DNA of 63,682 nt, filler included, from Octopus bimaculoides (lineage: Eukaryota), in the NCBI RefSeq assembly GCF_001194135.2. It is 5 parts of 5 records of this genome, joined end to end, with 100 filler letters (N's around TTAATTAATTAA, not from the genome) between each part and the next. Parts side by side here need not be neighbours in the genome. Positions count along the whole stretch, not along the records: positions 1 to 22,387 come from NC_069001.1; positions 22,488 to 50,908 come from NC_068986.1; 3 more parts are not named here. One strand, written 5' to 3'. Under the pieces are notes generated by a model. It was not told the origin of the DNA. It worked only from the letters and a program-made list of their open reading frames with translations, and made no database searches. This document shows positions 13,241-27,612 of this stretch, one piece after another. Position 1 is the first letter of the stretch, and each line of letters begins with the position of its first letter. A program made the position numbers and the translations under genes.

Positions 13241-14687
13241 CAGCTTCCATAAAATTCTAAAATGGAAGAAATTAATAGAATAGTATTCATTGGAAACTTC
13301 ACAAATCCTACGATAGATACTGTCTATGTAATTCCGAAATCATTTTAGTCTGTAAACATATCAAAAGTACTTTTTAATGTACATAATAGCAAACACCTTT
13401 TACTGTCATCTTAAGATCACACGATTGTCTGATACTACTAAACGTTTTAAAATACAACTTCTAATTTTCTTGTGTTTTGACAGATATTCTCTAGAGCAGT
13501 ACTTTGTACAAATCCCAAAGCATCGCAGTTATTAATTACCCCAGTTATAATACCGACTTGAGCTTCTGACTTGTTGTCTTTTGAGCTCTGTGGCTGGAAG
13601 TTAGACTCAAGTTATATAAACACAAAGCAACAATAATAACAATGTTTTGTTTTTTATCATTAACCACTGATAGTTCAGATATTTAGTGTGAGAGTTAGAG
13701 AGGGATATTGGGGGTATATATCAACCCCAGTAACTCACTGGTACTTAACTTACTTTTGTCGCCCCCACGGACAAGCTTAGTGGGATTTGAACAGAAAATG
13801 CAACTAAACACCACAAATTATAAGTAAATCGAGAAATAATATAGAAAGAGAATAGAAGAAGAAAAAGAAGAAGAAGAAGAAGAAGAAGAAGAAGAAGAAG
13901 AAGAAGAANNNNNNNNNNNNNNNNNNNNNNNNNNNNNNNNNNNNNNNNNNNNNNNNNNNNNNNNNNNNNNNNNNNNNNNNNNNNNNNNNNNNNNNNNNNN
14001 NNNNNNNNNNNNNNNNNNNNNNNNNNNNNNNNNNNNNNNNNNNNNNNNNNNNNNNNNNNNNNNNNNNNNNNNNNNNNNNNNNNNNNNNNNNNNNNNNNNN
14101 NNNNNNNNNNNNNNNNNNNNNNNNNNNNNNNNNNNNNNNNNNNNNNNNNNNNNNNNNNNNNNNNNNNNNNNNNNNNNNNNNNNNNNNNNNNNNNNNNNNN
14201 NNNNNNNNNNNNNNNNNNNTATTCTTAATCAATAATGATATACCACTTAGTGGAACACAATCGACACGGATTCACAATGTGGCGAGGACAAAAAAAAAAA
14301 GAAAAAAAGAGAAAGGAAAAAAAAGAGGGAAAAGAACGAAACGAGAAAGGGGAGATAATTCCCAAACCTTAGAATTAATTTGGAGGAAATACCGTTTACG
14401 TTGCGAGGAATGGGTTATCCAGGTCTCAGTCGTTTATTGTGAGATGCTGCTTTGTAACGCCAGCTGTAATGCCTGCATATTTTAAATCTCCGCTAGAACG
14501 TTGCAACACCTACATACATACATACATACATACATACATACATGCATACATACATACATACATACATACATACATACATGCATGCATGCACGCATACATA
14601 CACATGTGTGCTTGTGTATATAGGTGTGTATGTATGTATTTATTTATGTATATATATTATATATATGTGTATATATTCATATATGTA

Positions 14688-14730
<43 letters not shown>

Positions 14731-16199
14731 NNNNNNNNNNNNNNNNNNNNNNNNNNNNNNNNNNNNNNNNNNNNNNNNNNNNNNNNNNNNNNNNNNNNNN
14801 NNNNNNNNNNNNNNNNNNNNNNNNNNNNNNNNNNNNNNNNNNNNNNNNNNNNNNNNNNNNNNNNNNNNNNNNNNNNNNNNNNNNNNNNNNNNNNNNNNNN
14901 NNNNNNNNNNNNNNNNNNNNNNNNNNNNNNNNNNNNNNNNNNNNNNNNNNNNNNNNNNNNNNNNNNNNNNNNNNNNNNNNNNNNNNNNNNNNNNNNNNNN
15001 NNNNNNNNNNNNNNNNNNNNNNNNNNNNNNNNNNNNNNNNNNNNNNNNNNNNNNNNNNNNNNNNNNNNNNNNNNNNNNNNNNNNNNNNNNNNNNNNNNNN
15101 NNNNNNNNNNNNNNNNNNNNNNNNNNNNNNNNNNNNNNNNNNNNNNNNNNNNNNNNNNNNNNNNNNNNNNNNNNNNNNNNNNNNNNNNNNNNNNNNNNNN
15201 NNNNNNNNNNNNNNNNNNNNNNNNNNNNNNNNNNNNNNNNNNNNNNNNNNNNNNNNNNNNNNNNNNNNNNNNNNNNNNNNNNNNNNNNNNNNNNNNNNNN
15301 NNNNNNNNNNNNNNNNNNNNNNNNNNNNNNNNNNNNNNNNNNNNNNNNNNNNNNNNNNNNNNNNNNNNNNNNNNNNNNNNNNNNNNNNNNNNNNNNNNNN
15401 NNNNNNNNNNNNNNNNNNNNNNNNNNNNNNNNNNNNNNNNNNNNNNNNNNNNNNNNNNNNNNNNNNNNNNNNNNNNNNNNNNNNNNNNNNNNNNNNNNNN
15501 NNNNNNNNNNNNNNNNNNNNNNNNNNNNNNNNNNNNNNNNNNNNNNNNNNNNNNNNNNNNNNNNNNNNNNNNNNNNNNNNNNNNNNNNNNNNNNNNNNNN
15601 NNNNNNNNNNNNNNNNNNNNNNNNNNNNNNNNNNNNNNNNNNNNNNNNNNNNNNNNNNNNNNNNNNNNNNNNNNNNNNNNNNNNNNNNNNNNNNNNNTGT
15701 GTGTGTGTGTGTGTGTGTATGGCGGTGCCCCAGTATGGCCACAACTCGTAAGCTGAAACTAGTTCAATTCATTCAATTCAATTCATATATAACATTTATG
15801 TACCTATAAATGTAAACATATGAGACTATAATTGTGTATACACACACACACATGCACACACACTCACATACATATAGTGTGCGCATCTGGGCGTGTGTGT
15901 ATGCGTCTGTATTTGTGTCTGTGTGTCTGTTAATATGTGAAACGGTAAGGCGTGGTTCCCGACCTGTGTGTACGTTTGTTCGTTAAGCTTAAAATATCTT
16001 ACAATTCTTCAATAGTCTTTTGTATCATAGAAATACGCGTTGAATGTCTACCGAAAGTCTTTGCTCACCCGTTGACAAGCATGACTGGCAGTGTGTACGT
16101 TATCTTATACATACGTGGTTTTCATAAACGGGTATGTGCACCCGGGTGCGTATGATGTGGATGTGAGTTCACAGGAGGAGCGAGTGTCCCGTTACCTGT

Positions 16200-16460
16200 G
16201 TTTATCTCTCTTATCTGTTTTCGGTAACTTGCTGTCATGCTGGGGCAATGCTTCGAAGAATTTTAGTCGAACGAATCGAGCCTAAAAACTTATAATTTTC
16301 TTTTGTAAAGTCTGGTACTTGTACTATCGAAGACTTTTACCGAACCGCTAGGTCACGCTGAAGTAGGCTATAGTAGAAGACACTTACCCAAGGTGTCACG
16401 CAGTGGGACTGAACCCGAAACCATGTGATTTGTAAGCAAGCTACTTACCACACAGCCACA
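16200..16460 (-). mobile_element. SINE family 1, diverged copy with internal deletion
   Basis: Tail module plus head ggctatagtagaagacacttacccaaggtgtcacgcagtgggactgaacccgaaaccatgtg. Confidence 0.85.
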
Positions 16461-17135
16461 CATGTATATATATCTATACACACACACACACATATATATG
16501 TATATATATGCATATATATATGCATATATGTATGTATATATATATGCATATATATATGCATATATACATATGTATATATATATATGCATATATATATATA
16601 TATATATATATATANNNNNNNNNNNNNNNNNNNNNNNNNNNNNNNNNNNNNNNNNNNNNNNNNNNNNNNNNNNNNNNNNNNNNNNNNNNNNNNNNNNNNN
16701 NNNNNNNNNNNNNNNNNNNNNNNNNNNNNNNNNNNNNNNNNNNNNNNNNNNNNNNNNNNNNNNNNNNNNNNNNNNNNNNNNNNNNNNNNNNNNNNNNNNN
16801 NNNNNNNNNNNNNNNNNNNNNNNNNNNNNNNNNNNNNNNNNNNNNNNNNNNNNNNNNNNNNNNNNNNNNNNNNNNNNNNNNNNNNNNNNNNNNNNNNNNN
16901 NNNNNNNNNNNNNNNNNNNNNNNNNNNNNNNNNNNNNNNNNNNNNNNNNNNNNNNNNNNNNNNNNNNNNNNNNNNNNNNNNNNNNNNNNNNNNNNNNNNN
17001 NNNNNNNNNNNNNNNNNNNNNNNNNNNNNNNNNNNNNNNNNNNNNNNNNNNNNNNNNNNNNNNNNNNNNNNNNNNNNGAGGAGGGGAGGATAGTGAAGGG
17101 TATTGGGGAAGAAGCTGTGATGATGATGATGAAGA

Positions 17136-17169
<34 letters not shown>

Positions 17170-17490
17170 GGTGGTGGTGGTGGTGGTGGTTGTGACGGTG
17201 GTTATGAGGATGGCGGTGACGAGGACGACGACGATGATAATGATGATGGTGATGATGACGATGATGATGATGGAAACGATTACGACGACGACGATGATGA
17301 TTTTGACGATAAGGGACGATGAGGAGGGAAAGAAGTTGGAGGAGATGGGGGAAGTAAGTGAAGGAGAAGAGGAAGAATGGAACGAAGAAAGAAAAGAAGG
17401 TAAGAGCGGGAGGATAATGATGCGGAAGAAATTGAAACAGTTATTAGAGTGTGTGAAGAGGAATCGGTGTCTATACACGAAGATACACGC

Positions 17491-17606
17491 ACACACAGAG
17501 ACACACATGCACACACACAGACACACATGCACACACACAGACACACATGCACACACACAGACAGACATGCACACACACAGACACACATGCACACACACAG
17601 ACACAC
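17491..17606 (+). repeat. 20-bp minisatellite (acacacacagacacacatgc), ~6 copies
   Basis: Directly visible tandem unit. Confidence 0.9.
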
Positions 17607-17950
17607 TCATATGTATATGGGTATGTATATTCAGGTGTTCAGACACATACAGTAACATATATGCACAAACATACACTGAAACACACAGACACACACACAG
17701 ACACACAGTCACACACATACACACACACACACACACAGACCTAAACACCTATACATATATGAATGTATGTATGAAATTATATACGTATGTACGTATATAT
17801 GCATATATGTTTATATATATATATATATACATCATATATGTATGCATGCATGCATACATCTATGCATGTATGTCTATATGTATGTATGCAGGTATGTATG
17901 TGTCTCTACCTTTATATATGTGTGTGTGTGTGTGTGTATGTATTTATAAT

Positions 17951-17985
<35 letters not shown>

Positions 17986-18049
17986 TAATTTTAACTATAT
18001 ATAATATGTATAGCTACAATCGTATATATATGCAAATATGTATATTTAA

Positions 18050-18083
<34 letters not shown>

Positions 18084-18207
18084 NNNNNNNNNNNNNNNNN
18101 NNNNNNNNNNNNNNNNNNNNNNNNNNNNNNNNNNNNNNNNNNNNNNNNNNNNNNNNNNNNNNNNNNNNNNNNNNNNNNNNNNNNNNNNNNNNNNNNNNNN
18201 NNNNNNN

Positions 18208-18246
<39 letters not shown>

Positions 18247-18907
18247 GTACACATATATACACATACACATATATATACATACGCACACACAATCGTATAT
18301 GCAAATATATGAAATTAAGCACATCTAAATTTCGAGTGAAGATGCAGAAGATATCGAAATAAGTTAATTTTAACTTACATTATAAGTATTTCCGAGAAGA
18401 ACAGCATGAACATCACAACATCACAACTTTTCCTTTCGTATCAGCTACATCCGATCCGTCCACTTCTGCTTATTCAACAGAAAGCACTGTACTCTCAATT
18501 TAGTGTACAGCGCTCTGGAGTTGATTGCATGCAGTAATATTAGCAGATTAGCTATCGCAATATCACGGTTTCGAATATCGAGGAAGGTGGTGGCACTTAG
18601 GTGGCTAATGACTGTCCGTAAACGGTGTATTACATATTGTGAAGAACAGCGTCGATGTTAGTAAGTTTCCCAACGGACCGGCAACTGGAGCGCTCACTTT
18701 TAGCGGGATTGGCAAGTGCGTGGCTTTGTGACGTGCAGGCAGAATAAACACGACTAAATAATTTGTTCGATTCACCGACTTACCTACACGCTTCTTAGTG
18801 ACGACATCTGTATCCTTCGCATGCACAAACACATATATACAGAAATCTCACGCTCTCACTCTCTCACTTCCTCTCATATACATAAACATTACGCATTCAT
18901 ATATATT

Positions 18908-18957
<50 letters not shown>

Positions 18958-19009
18958 GATATTACATGCATATATACACACACATATATATGTATCTATA
19001 TATATTATT

Positions 19010-19213
19010 TTATTCTTTTACTTGTTTCAGTCATTTGACTGCAGCCATGCTGGAGCACGGCCTTCAGTCGAACAAATCGACTCCAGGGCTTATTAATTGT
19101 AAGCCTAGTACTTATTCTATCGGTCTCTTTTACCGAACCGCTAATTTACGGGGACGTAAGCGCACCAACATCGGTTGTCAAGCGATGGTGGTGGGACAAA
19201 CACAGACACACAA

Positions 19214-19260
<47 letters not shown>

Positions 19261-19433
19261 CATATATACGACGGGCTTCTTTCAGTTTCCGTCTACCAAA
19301 TCCACTCACAAGGCTTTGATCGGCCCGAGGCTATAGTAGAAGACACTTGCCCAAGGTGCCACGAAGTGGGACTGAACTCGGAACCATGTGGTTAGGAAGC
19401 AAGCTTATTACCACACAACCACTCCTGCACCTA
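19010..19433 (-). mobile_element. SINE family 1, full-length (tRNA-derived head, internal CA/TA microsatellite, 3' module)
   Basis: Minus strand begins aggtgcaggagtggttgtgtggtaataag...ggttccgagttcagtccc (A and B boxes), then ccttgggcaagtgtcttctactatagcc, a microsatellite, and a tail ending tgactgaaacaagtaaaaga. Confidence 0.92.
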
Positions 19434-19604
19434 CATAATTATGTCTCCTTTTTTGTCAAGTTGTATACAGAAACAATTTAGCATTAATCTGAAGAATTAC
19501 TCCATATCTTTTAGTAGAGTACATATTTAATAAACCTTTACAAGAAGAAAGGTGATAGTGACTTCGAATATATCTGATGAATTGATGCAGCCTCTAGACA
19601 TATT

Positions 19605-19728
19605 CACAAACTGATGAAAGGCAAAGTCGACCTCGGCGGAATTTGAACTCAGAACGTAAAGACGGACGAAATACCGCTAAGCATTTCAACCGGCGTACTA
19701 ACGATTCTGCCAGCTCGCCGCCGTCGCC

Positions 19729-19730
<2 letters not shown>
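19605..19730 (-). mobile_element. SINE family 2, 5' half
   Basis: aaaggcaaagtcgacctcggcggaatttgaactcagaacgtaaagacggacgaaataccgctaagcattt...gccagctcgccgcc. Confidence 0.92.
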
Positions 19731-19785
<55 letters not shown>

Positions 19786-20500
19786 GTGATGATGATGATG
19801 GTGATGATGATGATGATGATGATGATGAAGATGATGATGATGATGGTGGTGATAAAATTTCTAGAATGACTTCAAATTACTCCCCTCCCGATATTTCATA
19901 AAAATTCTCATTTTTTCTCCCTCCCTTTCTCCTCCTCCCTTTCTCCCCCTCCCTTTCTCCCTCTCTCTTTCTCTGTCTTACACACACACACAAACCGACA
20001 CACGCATACACACATTTACATACACACACACACAGACACACATCACACACATACATACATACACCCATATCTTCCCTTCCCCACCAATATCAACATTACT
20101 AGAGAGTTGAAAGTGTCAAATTATTTTATTATTTTTTTTACCATTTCTATCTGTCTTTTTTTTTTCTATTCAATTCCTGCGTCAGATATTGGACATCTTT
20201 ATTGTTTCAATGCATGTTTCGTAATTTAGTTCTACAGTTGGTTTATGTCTTCCCAGAATCCAAATATGTCGTCGAAAGTAAATCAAAAATTCTAATCCGA
20301 AAATAATGAAAAACGAAGGAAGCTTGCTCTGCAACCGCTTTGGTTTCGGTTTCACTCCAATTGGGCAGCACTTTGAGCAAATGTCTTCAACTATAACCCT
20401 AGGCCGACCAATGCCTCATGAAGTAATTTCGTAGATGGGAACTGTGTCGAAGCCAGTCGTGTCTACATACATACGTACATACATACATGCATGCATTCAT

Positions 20501-21232
20501 AGGTGCAGGAGTGGCTGTGTGGTAAGTAGCTTGCTTCCCAACCACATGGTTCTGAGTTCAGTCCCATTGCATGGCATCTTGGGCAAGTGTCGTCTACTAT
20601 AGCCACAGGTTGACCAAAGCCTTGTGAGTAGAATTGGAAGATGGAAACTGAAAGAAGCCCGTAGATTGACATGTTTATTTTTTGAACCAGTGGAAGATAC
20701 ACTGGGTGGCACCTTGGGAAAGTGTCTTCTAATATAGCCTCGGGCCGACCAAAGCCTTGTGAATGAATTTGATAGATGTAAACTGAAAGAAGTCCGTCGT
20801 ATATATATATANNNNNNNNNNNNNNNNNNNNNNNNNNNNNNNNNNNNNNNNNNNNNNNNNNNNNNNNNNNNNNNNNNNNNNNNNNNNNNNNNNNNNNNNN
20901 NNNNNNNNNNNNNNNNNNNNNNNNNNNNNNNNNNNNNNNNNNNNNNNNNNNNNNNNNNNNNNNNNNNNNNNNNNNNNNNNNNNNNNNNNNNNNNNNNNNN
21001 NNNNNNNNNNNNNNNNNNNNNNNNNNNNNNNNNNNNNNNNNNNNNNNNNNNNNNNNNNNNNNNNNNNNNNNNNNNNNNNNNNNNNNNTAGCGGTTCGGCA
21101 AACGAAATCAATAGCATATGTACCAGACTTTAAAGAATAAGTACTAGGGTCCACACATTCGACTAAATATTCTTGAAGGCGGTGCCCTGGCTTGGCCGCA
21201 ATCTAGTGACTGAAACAGGTAAAAGATAAAAA
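20501..21232 (+). mobile_element. SINE family 1 with internally duplicated head segment and a gap
   Basis: Head at 20501-20660, second partial copy at ~20705-20800, N gap, tail at 21088-21232. Confidence 0.85.
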
Positions 21233-21616
21233 GAGAGTGAAGGTTGTGGTTCGCAGTTCAAATCGTAGGAGCAGCAGCGAGCCACAAAAATGTGAGTAAG
21301 AGAGGTAGAGAGAGAAAGAGTGAAAGACATTGTGGTACAGACTGGGAGATGACGAAATACAGGAAGGAAGAGATCGCGGGTCACATTGAGAGAAAAATTC
21401 TGTGGAGCTGAAAAATAGGAAGTATTTTGATGTACGAGAAAATGGTAAGGAAAAGATGTGAGCAGCAATTAGCAAGAGGAACATGAAAGAGACACTGAAA
21501 ACTTTCCATTTCGTCTTTCGTTCTGTAATCCAAAATCATAACGATTTCGACGCTGGAAAACACTGAACATGCAATTATTAATCAGGATAAGACCAGATTA
21601 GAAAGTTAAGCGCACG

Positions 21617-21662
<46 letters not shown>

Positions 21663-21862
21663 GCGCATGCAGACATGTAGATTGATAAATAGATAAATAG
21701 ATATAGACGTGTATGAGCAGAAACATATATGCATACATACGCACATGCACGTCTAATACATGCATACACATATATATATACACACATATATATATATATA
21801 CATATATGTATATANNNNNNNNNNNNNNNNNNNNNNNNNNNNNNNNNNNNNNNNNNNNNNNN

Positions 21863-21910
<48 letters not shown>

Positions 21911-22248
21911 TATATGTGTGCGTGTATATATATATGTATATACATATATGTATGCATATATATATATATGTACATATATATATGTATCTATATATATATG
22001 TATATATGTATATAAGGTGAATACAACCATAGGCCTTTAAGTGCGGCACTTTGCCGAGAACTACGTTAGTTTCGACTGTTTACAATGCAAGGTGTAACAG
22101 CGACACTAATTAATAAGTACACAATACAGGGTGGATAGTGTCCGTAGTAATTCTGATATGGTGCAAAGTGAAAAACGAAATAGGACACTGGTCAAAATAG
22201 GAAAGAAAATAAAGAAATATTAATGAGAAAATTAAACGTTGGGCGTGA

Positions 22249-22282
<34 letters not shown>

Positions 22283-22387
22283 GGTGGTGGTGGTGGTGGT
22301 GGTTTTGCTGGTGGTAGTGGTGACGGTGGCAATGAAATAGGATAGCATGTAAGCATTGAAGTTGAAGTCGAAAGCAGTAGCGGTAAA

Positions 22388-22487
22388 NNNNNNNNNNNNN
22401 NNNNNNNNNNNNNNNNNNNNNNNNNNNNNNNTTAATTAATTAANNNNNNNNNNNNNNNNNNNNNNNNNNNNNNNNNNNNNNNNNNNN
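22388..22487. other. Artificial 100-bp scaffold join (N44-TTAATTAATTAA-N44); linker also at 50953, 55866 and 58133
   Basis: The same palindromic six-frame-stop 12-mer sits in the middle of an N run four times; 44+12+44 counted for this join. Confidence 0.95.
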
Positions 22488-22559
<72 letters not shown>

Positions 22560-23457
22560 TTCAGTGCAAGAAATCTTGTGATGGTTGGCATGTAGCAACG
22601 CCAACATTTCAAGCAGAGAAATAAATTCTTATTCTACGATAAAGAAAATGTCTAACAAATCCGATCGAACACTTGGCCCTAGAGATATGAACTGTTTACT
22701 TCCGTTACTCGATAAAATTTTGGGTGTTGTAAGAAAGAAGAAAATTCAATATAACTGCGCGAAGTAATGGAGGAGAGACAGGTAATTGTTAGAAGATCAT
22801 TCTTGTGTCGTGAAGAGAACTAGTGCTTGGAATTGATTCTTTGTTTTGGCGCCAGTCCAGCTATTTCTCCATTCTTTTTCTTTATAATGTTATCATAAAA
22901 ACTTTGAGGTGTTAAAGTACATCTTTTATATAGTTGACATATTAATAATATTCGATATCTAAATTTTGTATAAGATGCAAATATGTTTGTTTGATTCGTA
23001 CATGAAGCATTAAGTTTGTTCTGACTCCATGGCGGTTAAGTTTAGTCGATTCTAATATGTCTACACCCAGTAGCATGAGATATAAGAATTTTACTTCATT
23101 AATATTGAGTCCATTAGTTTGATACCATTAGTTTGATACTTAATGTGAATCTATGTATACCGGACGAAATAAGAAGATTAGTAGAAAAGGATAATAGCAT
23201 GTTCAGATGACATATGCTCTTTATTTAAATTTCACCTAGCTCCCTGTACTTATACTTCGTTTTAACTTAGTTTTTATGATATAAAATAAGATTAAGTTCT
23301 ATTATAACTTCATTCTATTACTGAAATAAATTTCGACAAACGACTGGCACATTTCACTGATACCATGTCCCACTCACAGCCACATACTGTTATATACTTA
23401 TGAACAATTGCAACTCAATGAGGGCGAGAGCAGTATTCTATTTTCGTTTCTCTTTAG

Positions 23458-23537
23458 CATGAATAATTCAGCTAAACACGGCGATTGTGAATATATCAGA
23501 AAGCTATCGGCTGAATTCATCGAAAAGTTATCAATAG
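23458..23537 (+). CDS. Candidate small exon, unknown product (MNNSAKHGDCEYIRKLSAEFIEKLSI)
   Basis: Strong acceptor ttctattttcgtttctctttag and donor aatag|gtgcgt; only one frame open. No homology recognised. Confidence 0.2.
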
Positions 23538-26500
23538 GTGCGTGACATCCTAGAGGTGTCAAGTGTGGAGGTAAGAAGAAGTAGATAAGACAGATTATGA
23601 ACCAGTCAGTCATGTTGGCCATGTTACAATTACTAGATGTGATAGAGAATGTATGTTAAGCAGATGATTTGTGGACACCTGTCAGCATAAAATACTTTGG
23701 TATTTCTCGCAGATCAATCATTTCAAATCTTCTTACTGCTAAAAGGCCACTTTTAACAACAAAGTTCTGTAAACATTTTAATTAAATTATCTGATTACCT
23801 CTAGACATTCTGTCATTGTTTTGATAAAGAATCTTTCCTCAGCAAGCAAGGAAGATTGAAGTAGAGATGAATGCATGAATGTGCTATTTTCTCTCTCTGT
23901 TTTTCTCCTTTTTTTGGTTTTTAATATCATACATTTTTGTCGATTCAAATTTATCTTACACGAAAGTTTAGTCGGTAAGGTGTACCAACACAACTGCGTT
24001 CTCGTTTTTGTAGCAGGTTTATTCAAAGATTATGAGATAACTTACATTATCGAATGTAACCGAAAACAATGAGTAAATGCCAAAACAAAAGAATAGTTAA
24101 GTTGGTAGGATAGAGCACATACACCACACATATATGCGCAAATGCTTAACACACATACACACGCGACAAGCAACATGTACACATACACTACAAATATACA
24201 CACACATATATGAATATTATGCATTATGTATATCTGTATGTATGTGTGTATGTATATTAATGTTATAGAAGTTTCACATCCAGAATCCTGGGTAAAAGTT
24301 AGACGATAACACATAACCTCAAACGAGTTGTTATCAGAAAGTTTCCGTCATGTTATCTATTGGGTGTTGATTGTGTAGATGATGTGTTGATCGTATTGCT
24401 TTGTATTGATTGTTACAATATGTGTTGTGCAAATTCTGTTGTTTCAACGGCTGATTATTTCATAGAGTATGTACTGTGTGTAGATGTATTATTTAAGTAA
24501 TGCTATTGAATTGAATGTTTCTTGCGTAACACGTAGGTTGTACCTAACAAAGCTATCTTTTGAACTGTGTATAATGTCGTCAACCACGGAATGTTTTCTA
24601 TAGTTTTCTTCATAATCTTTTTAATTACACTTAGAGCTCCAATTATCATATGATAGCTTTTTATTAATTTTAAATGTTAAGTCCTACTTCTTGCTTATTT
24701 CAGACTCAAGGTGTTTATAACCGAATAGTTTCTATACCTCGACACGAACAGTATTTTTGGTCAGAAGAAACTTTGTTGTCTATAAGCGTACAGGCATTTT
24801 ATTTATTCTTTCATTATTTTGCCAGGATCTTTCCCTTAAATGTACTTATCTGTGTAACCAGATAATTGTGACTGCGTTGTTGTTATGAATCAGGCTAGGT
24901 ACATGTCTATACCATCTCTTTGTCTTTACACTGGCGTATGAAGGTATAAGCATAGCAGTATTCTATCACATTTCTGAATATAATTGGACTTCGTTAACCA
25001 GAAATAAAATGGGAAACCACTTCATTGTAGAATGAGCATACCAATGGTCATTGCACACGTTCTGAAGCTGGCGAGAATGATGCAACTGATGTTCTTCTTG
25101 ACCATTTGTAAGCCAGTACCTTGGGAGAAATATATAAGAACGCACGGAATATCTAGACGAATTCCGAACAATATTTTAACTAGAAAAATAAGTTTGAATG
25201 GAAGAACTCCCATCACAATATCTAATTATATTTTATATTATAAATGATTACTGTATTTTTCCAGATTACTGTATTAGTCGCCTCTGTGTGCTCCATTTCT
25301 AACGTCTCGAGTGCCATAATCTGGATTGAGTAATTCCTACTTTTTATTCGGATTGCATCGTTTAGCGAAGTCTATAGTTGTTCCCTTAAAATTTGGTACT
25401 ATCGGATTCATTTCATGACTTTCTATTTTTAAAAAATAGCAATAATGAGTAGATTTTGTTTTGAATCATTGAGATATTCTTAATTAGGGATCCGAATATC
25501 ATTATTCGATACAGGATTTTTTATCGTTATATGTAACACCCTGTTCCTGTTATTTTTATTGTGGGCAATAGTATACATTACGGTTATTATGGGCTTAGAG
25601 GTAGGTGACAATTTTCGAACAGGTACTTTATGTTTAGAGGGGTTGGTGTCTTTCTTAGCAATAAATTACTTAAACCAAATTAAAATACAATTTTACAACA
25701 TAATTTTAAAATACGGTTTACAATACAAAGTTATATACATTTAAAAATGTTTTGCCGAGATTAGAATATGAATAGTATGTTGTCTTATCAGTGACCATAA
25801 ACGTGACTGACTTCCAGTACAGTATTTTCCATAAATAGAGTGTACAAAAGGCCACTAGTTCATGCAAACATCTAAAATGTGTCGCACACTGGATCGGACA
25901 GAATAAGAACATTATAATAAATCAAACCTCAAAACTGATTTCTGTTTGGTTAAAATAATGTGCTGTTTTGGACGGGTCTTTTTATGGTATGTTACAATTC
26001 GTTAAGATCTTAACGGAAATGTTTTTTTATGTAGTATTTGGAAGTTGTTTACCTGGCTGAAAACATCTAGATTTTGTTAGGGTCCATAACTGTCATAATA
26101 CCTAATTTTATTTTACATTAGAAAGGACTATTGTACGCTTTTCAAACTACCTTATTAGACACCTCTGTGTCCCTTCATTTCTACTTTGTATTCTGATTGT
26201 ATTTTTTAGCAAAGTCCGTAGTTGTTCCCTTAAAATGTGCTTCCATCGTATTCATTTCATGACGTTCCAGAATTATTTTTCTTTGTACGTAAAAGGCAGC
26301 TAGCAGTGAAGATGTATACATGTAGTTGTGTATTTGCAAGTATTATAACTTATAAGATTGCACATTCACAATGTTCTCCTTCGGTGTTTCTTTTGTGGGA
26401 TATGTTTTTATCATTTAAAGCAACTTGTCTTTTAGAAAAATAATGTTGTCTCTAATAAATACCGAAGAAAACATGTTACTCTATCCTTTCACTGTAGACA

Positions 26501-27449
26501 GCTATCGTGTACCCCCAATTCCTTTCTATCACTATATATACTTTTTTCATCGGTCATCAATGTCATCCTAGAAACTGGATGGGAAACGCAATCATAATAG
26601 AATGACAGCCAGGTCATCGAGGAAACCATATATGCTCTACCGAGCAATTTAGATACGTAAGCGCGATAATTTATGTTCAGAATACATCAAGAGGACAATA
26701 TAGCTAGATATTTTACGAGGAATTAATTAAATGTAGACACTTATTTTGTGGTCTTCGAATTTTCGGCATTGGTATCGTTTTTGTCATTTTGCATTTAGTA
26801 TAATTTTCTTTGTTGGCCTCTTAAGATCATTTTCTGTCTTTCTGGAATGGTACCTGTGACCAGTTTGTTTTTCAAAGGCTTGGAATATTTTGTATATTTT
26901 TGTTGTTGTTTCACATAGACACACATGCATAAATACACACACTCATACACCCTCACACACACACATACACACACACAAACATACACACATATGTGAGTGT
27001 GTATATATATATATTTATGCACACACACACACACATACACACACACACACACACACACANNNNNNNNNNNNNNNNNNNNNNNNNNNNNNNNNNNNNNNNN
27101 NNNNNNNNNNNNNNNNNNNNNNNNNNNNNNNNNNNNNNNNNNNNNNNNNNNNNNNNNNNNNNNNNNNNNNNNNNNNNNNNNNNNNNNNNNNNNNNNNNNN
27201 NNNNNNNNNNNNNNNNNNNNNNNNNNNNNNNNNNNNNNNNNNNNNNNNNNNNNNNNNNNNNNNNNNNNNNNNNNNNNNNNNNNNNNNNNNNNNNNNNNNN
27301 NNNNNNNNNNNNNNNNNNNNNNNNNNNNNNNNTTTACTTAATATTTATTTTTCACTGACGTTATTACTGTTATTTTTTATTTTCTACAAAGTGCACAAAA
27401 AAGCTACAAGTTTGCATTATGTTATATATAATAATAATAAAGGACGTTA

Positions 27450-27612
27450 CCGTATATACGTTTACAAACCAAGGACGTTATATAGACCTCCTTGACTCAA
27501 GTTAGAGAAGGGGTGCGTATTATACACAAGGTTTAGGCTTTTCATAGGTTTAGGCCCCTAAAAATCCCCTGCCTATTATACTCAAGGGCGGACTATACTC
27601 GAGGATTTACGG
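27450..27612. mobile_element. pogo/Tigger-like DNA transposon terminal fragment or short MITE
   Basis: TA|CCGTA...TACGG|TG termini. The right end reads CCGTAAATCCTCGAGTATAGTCCGC on minus. Subterminal repeats tattatac(a/t)caagg occur three times in diverged form. Confidence 0.6.

Noticed and set aside
22432-22443. TTAATTAATTAA palindrome recurring four times (also 50953, 55866, 58133)
   Set aside because: Always centred in an N run: an assembly linker with stops in six frames, not biology. It also means adjacency across these points is unproven.
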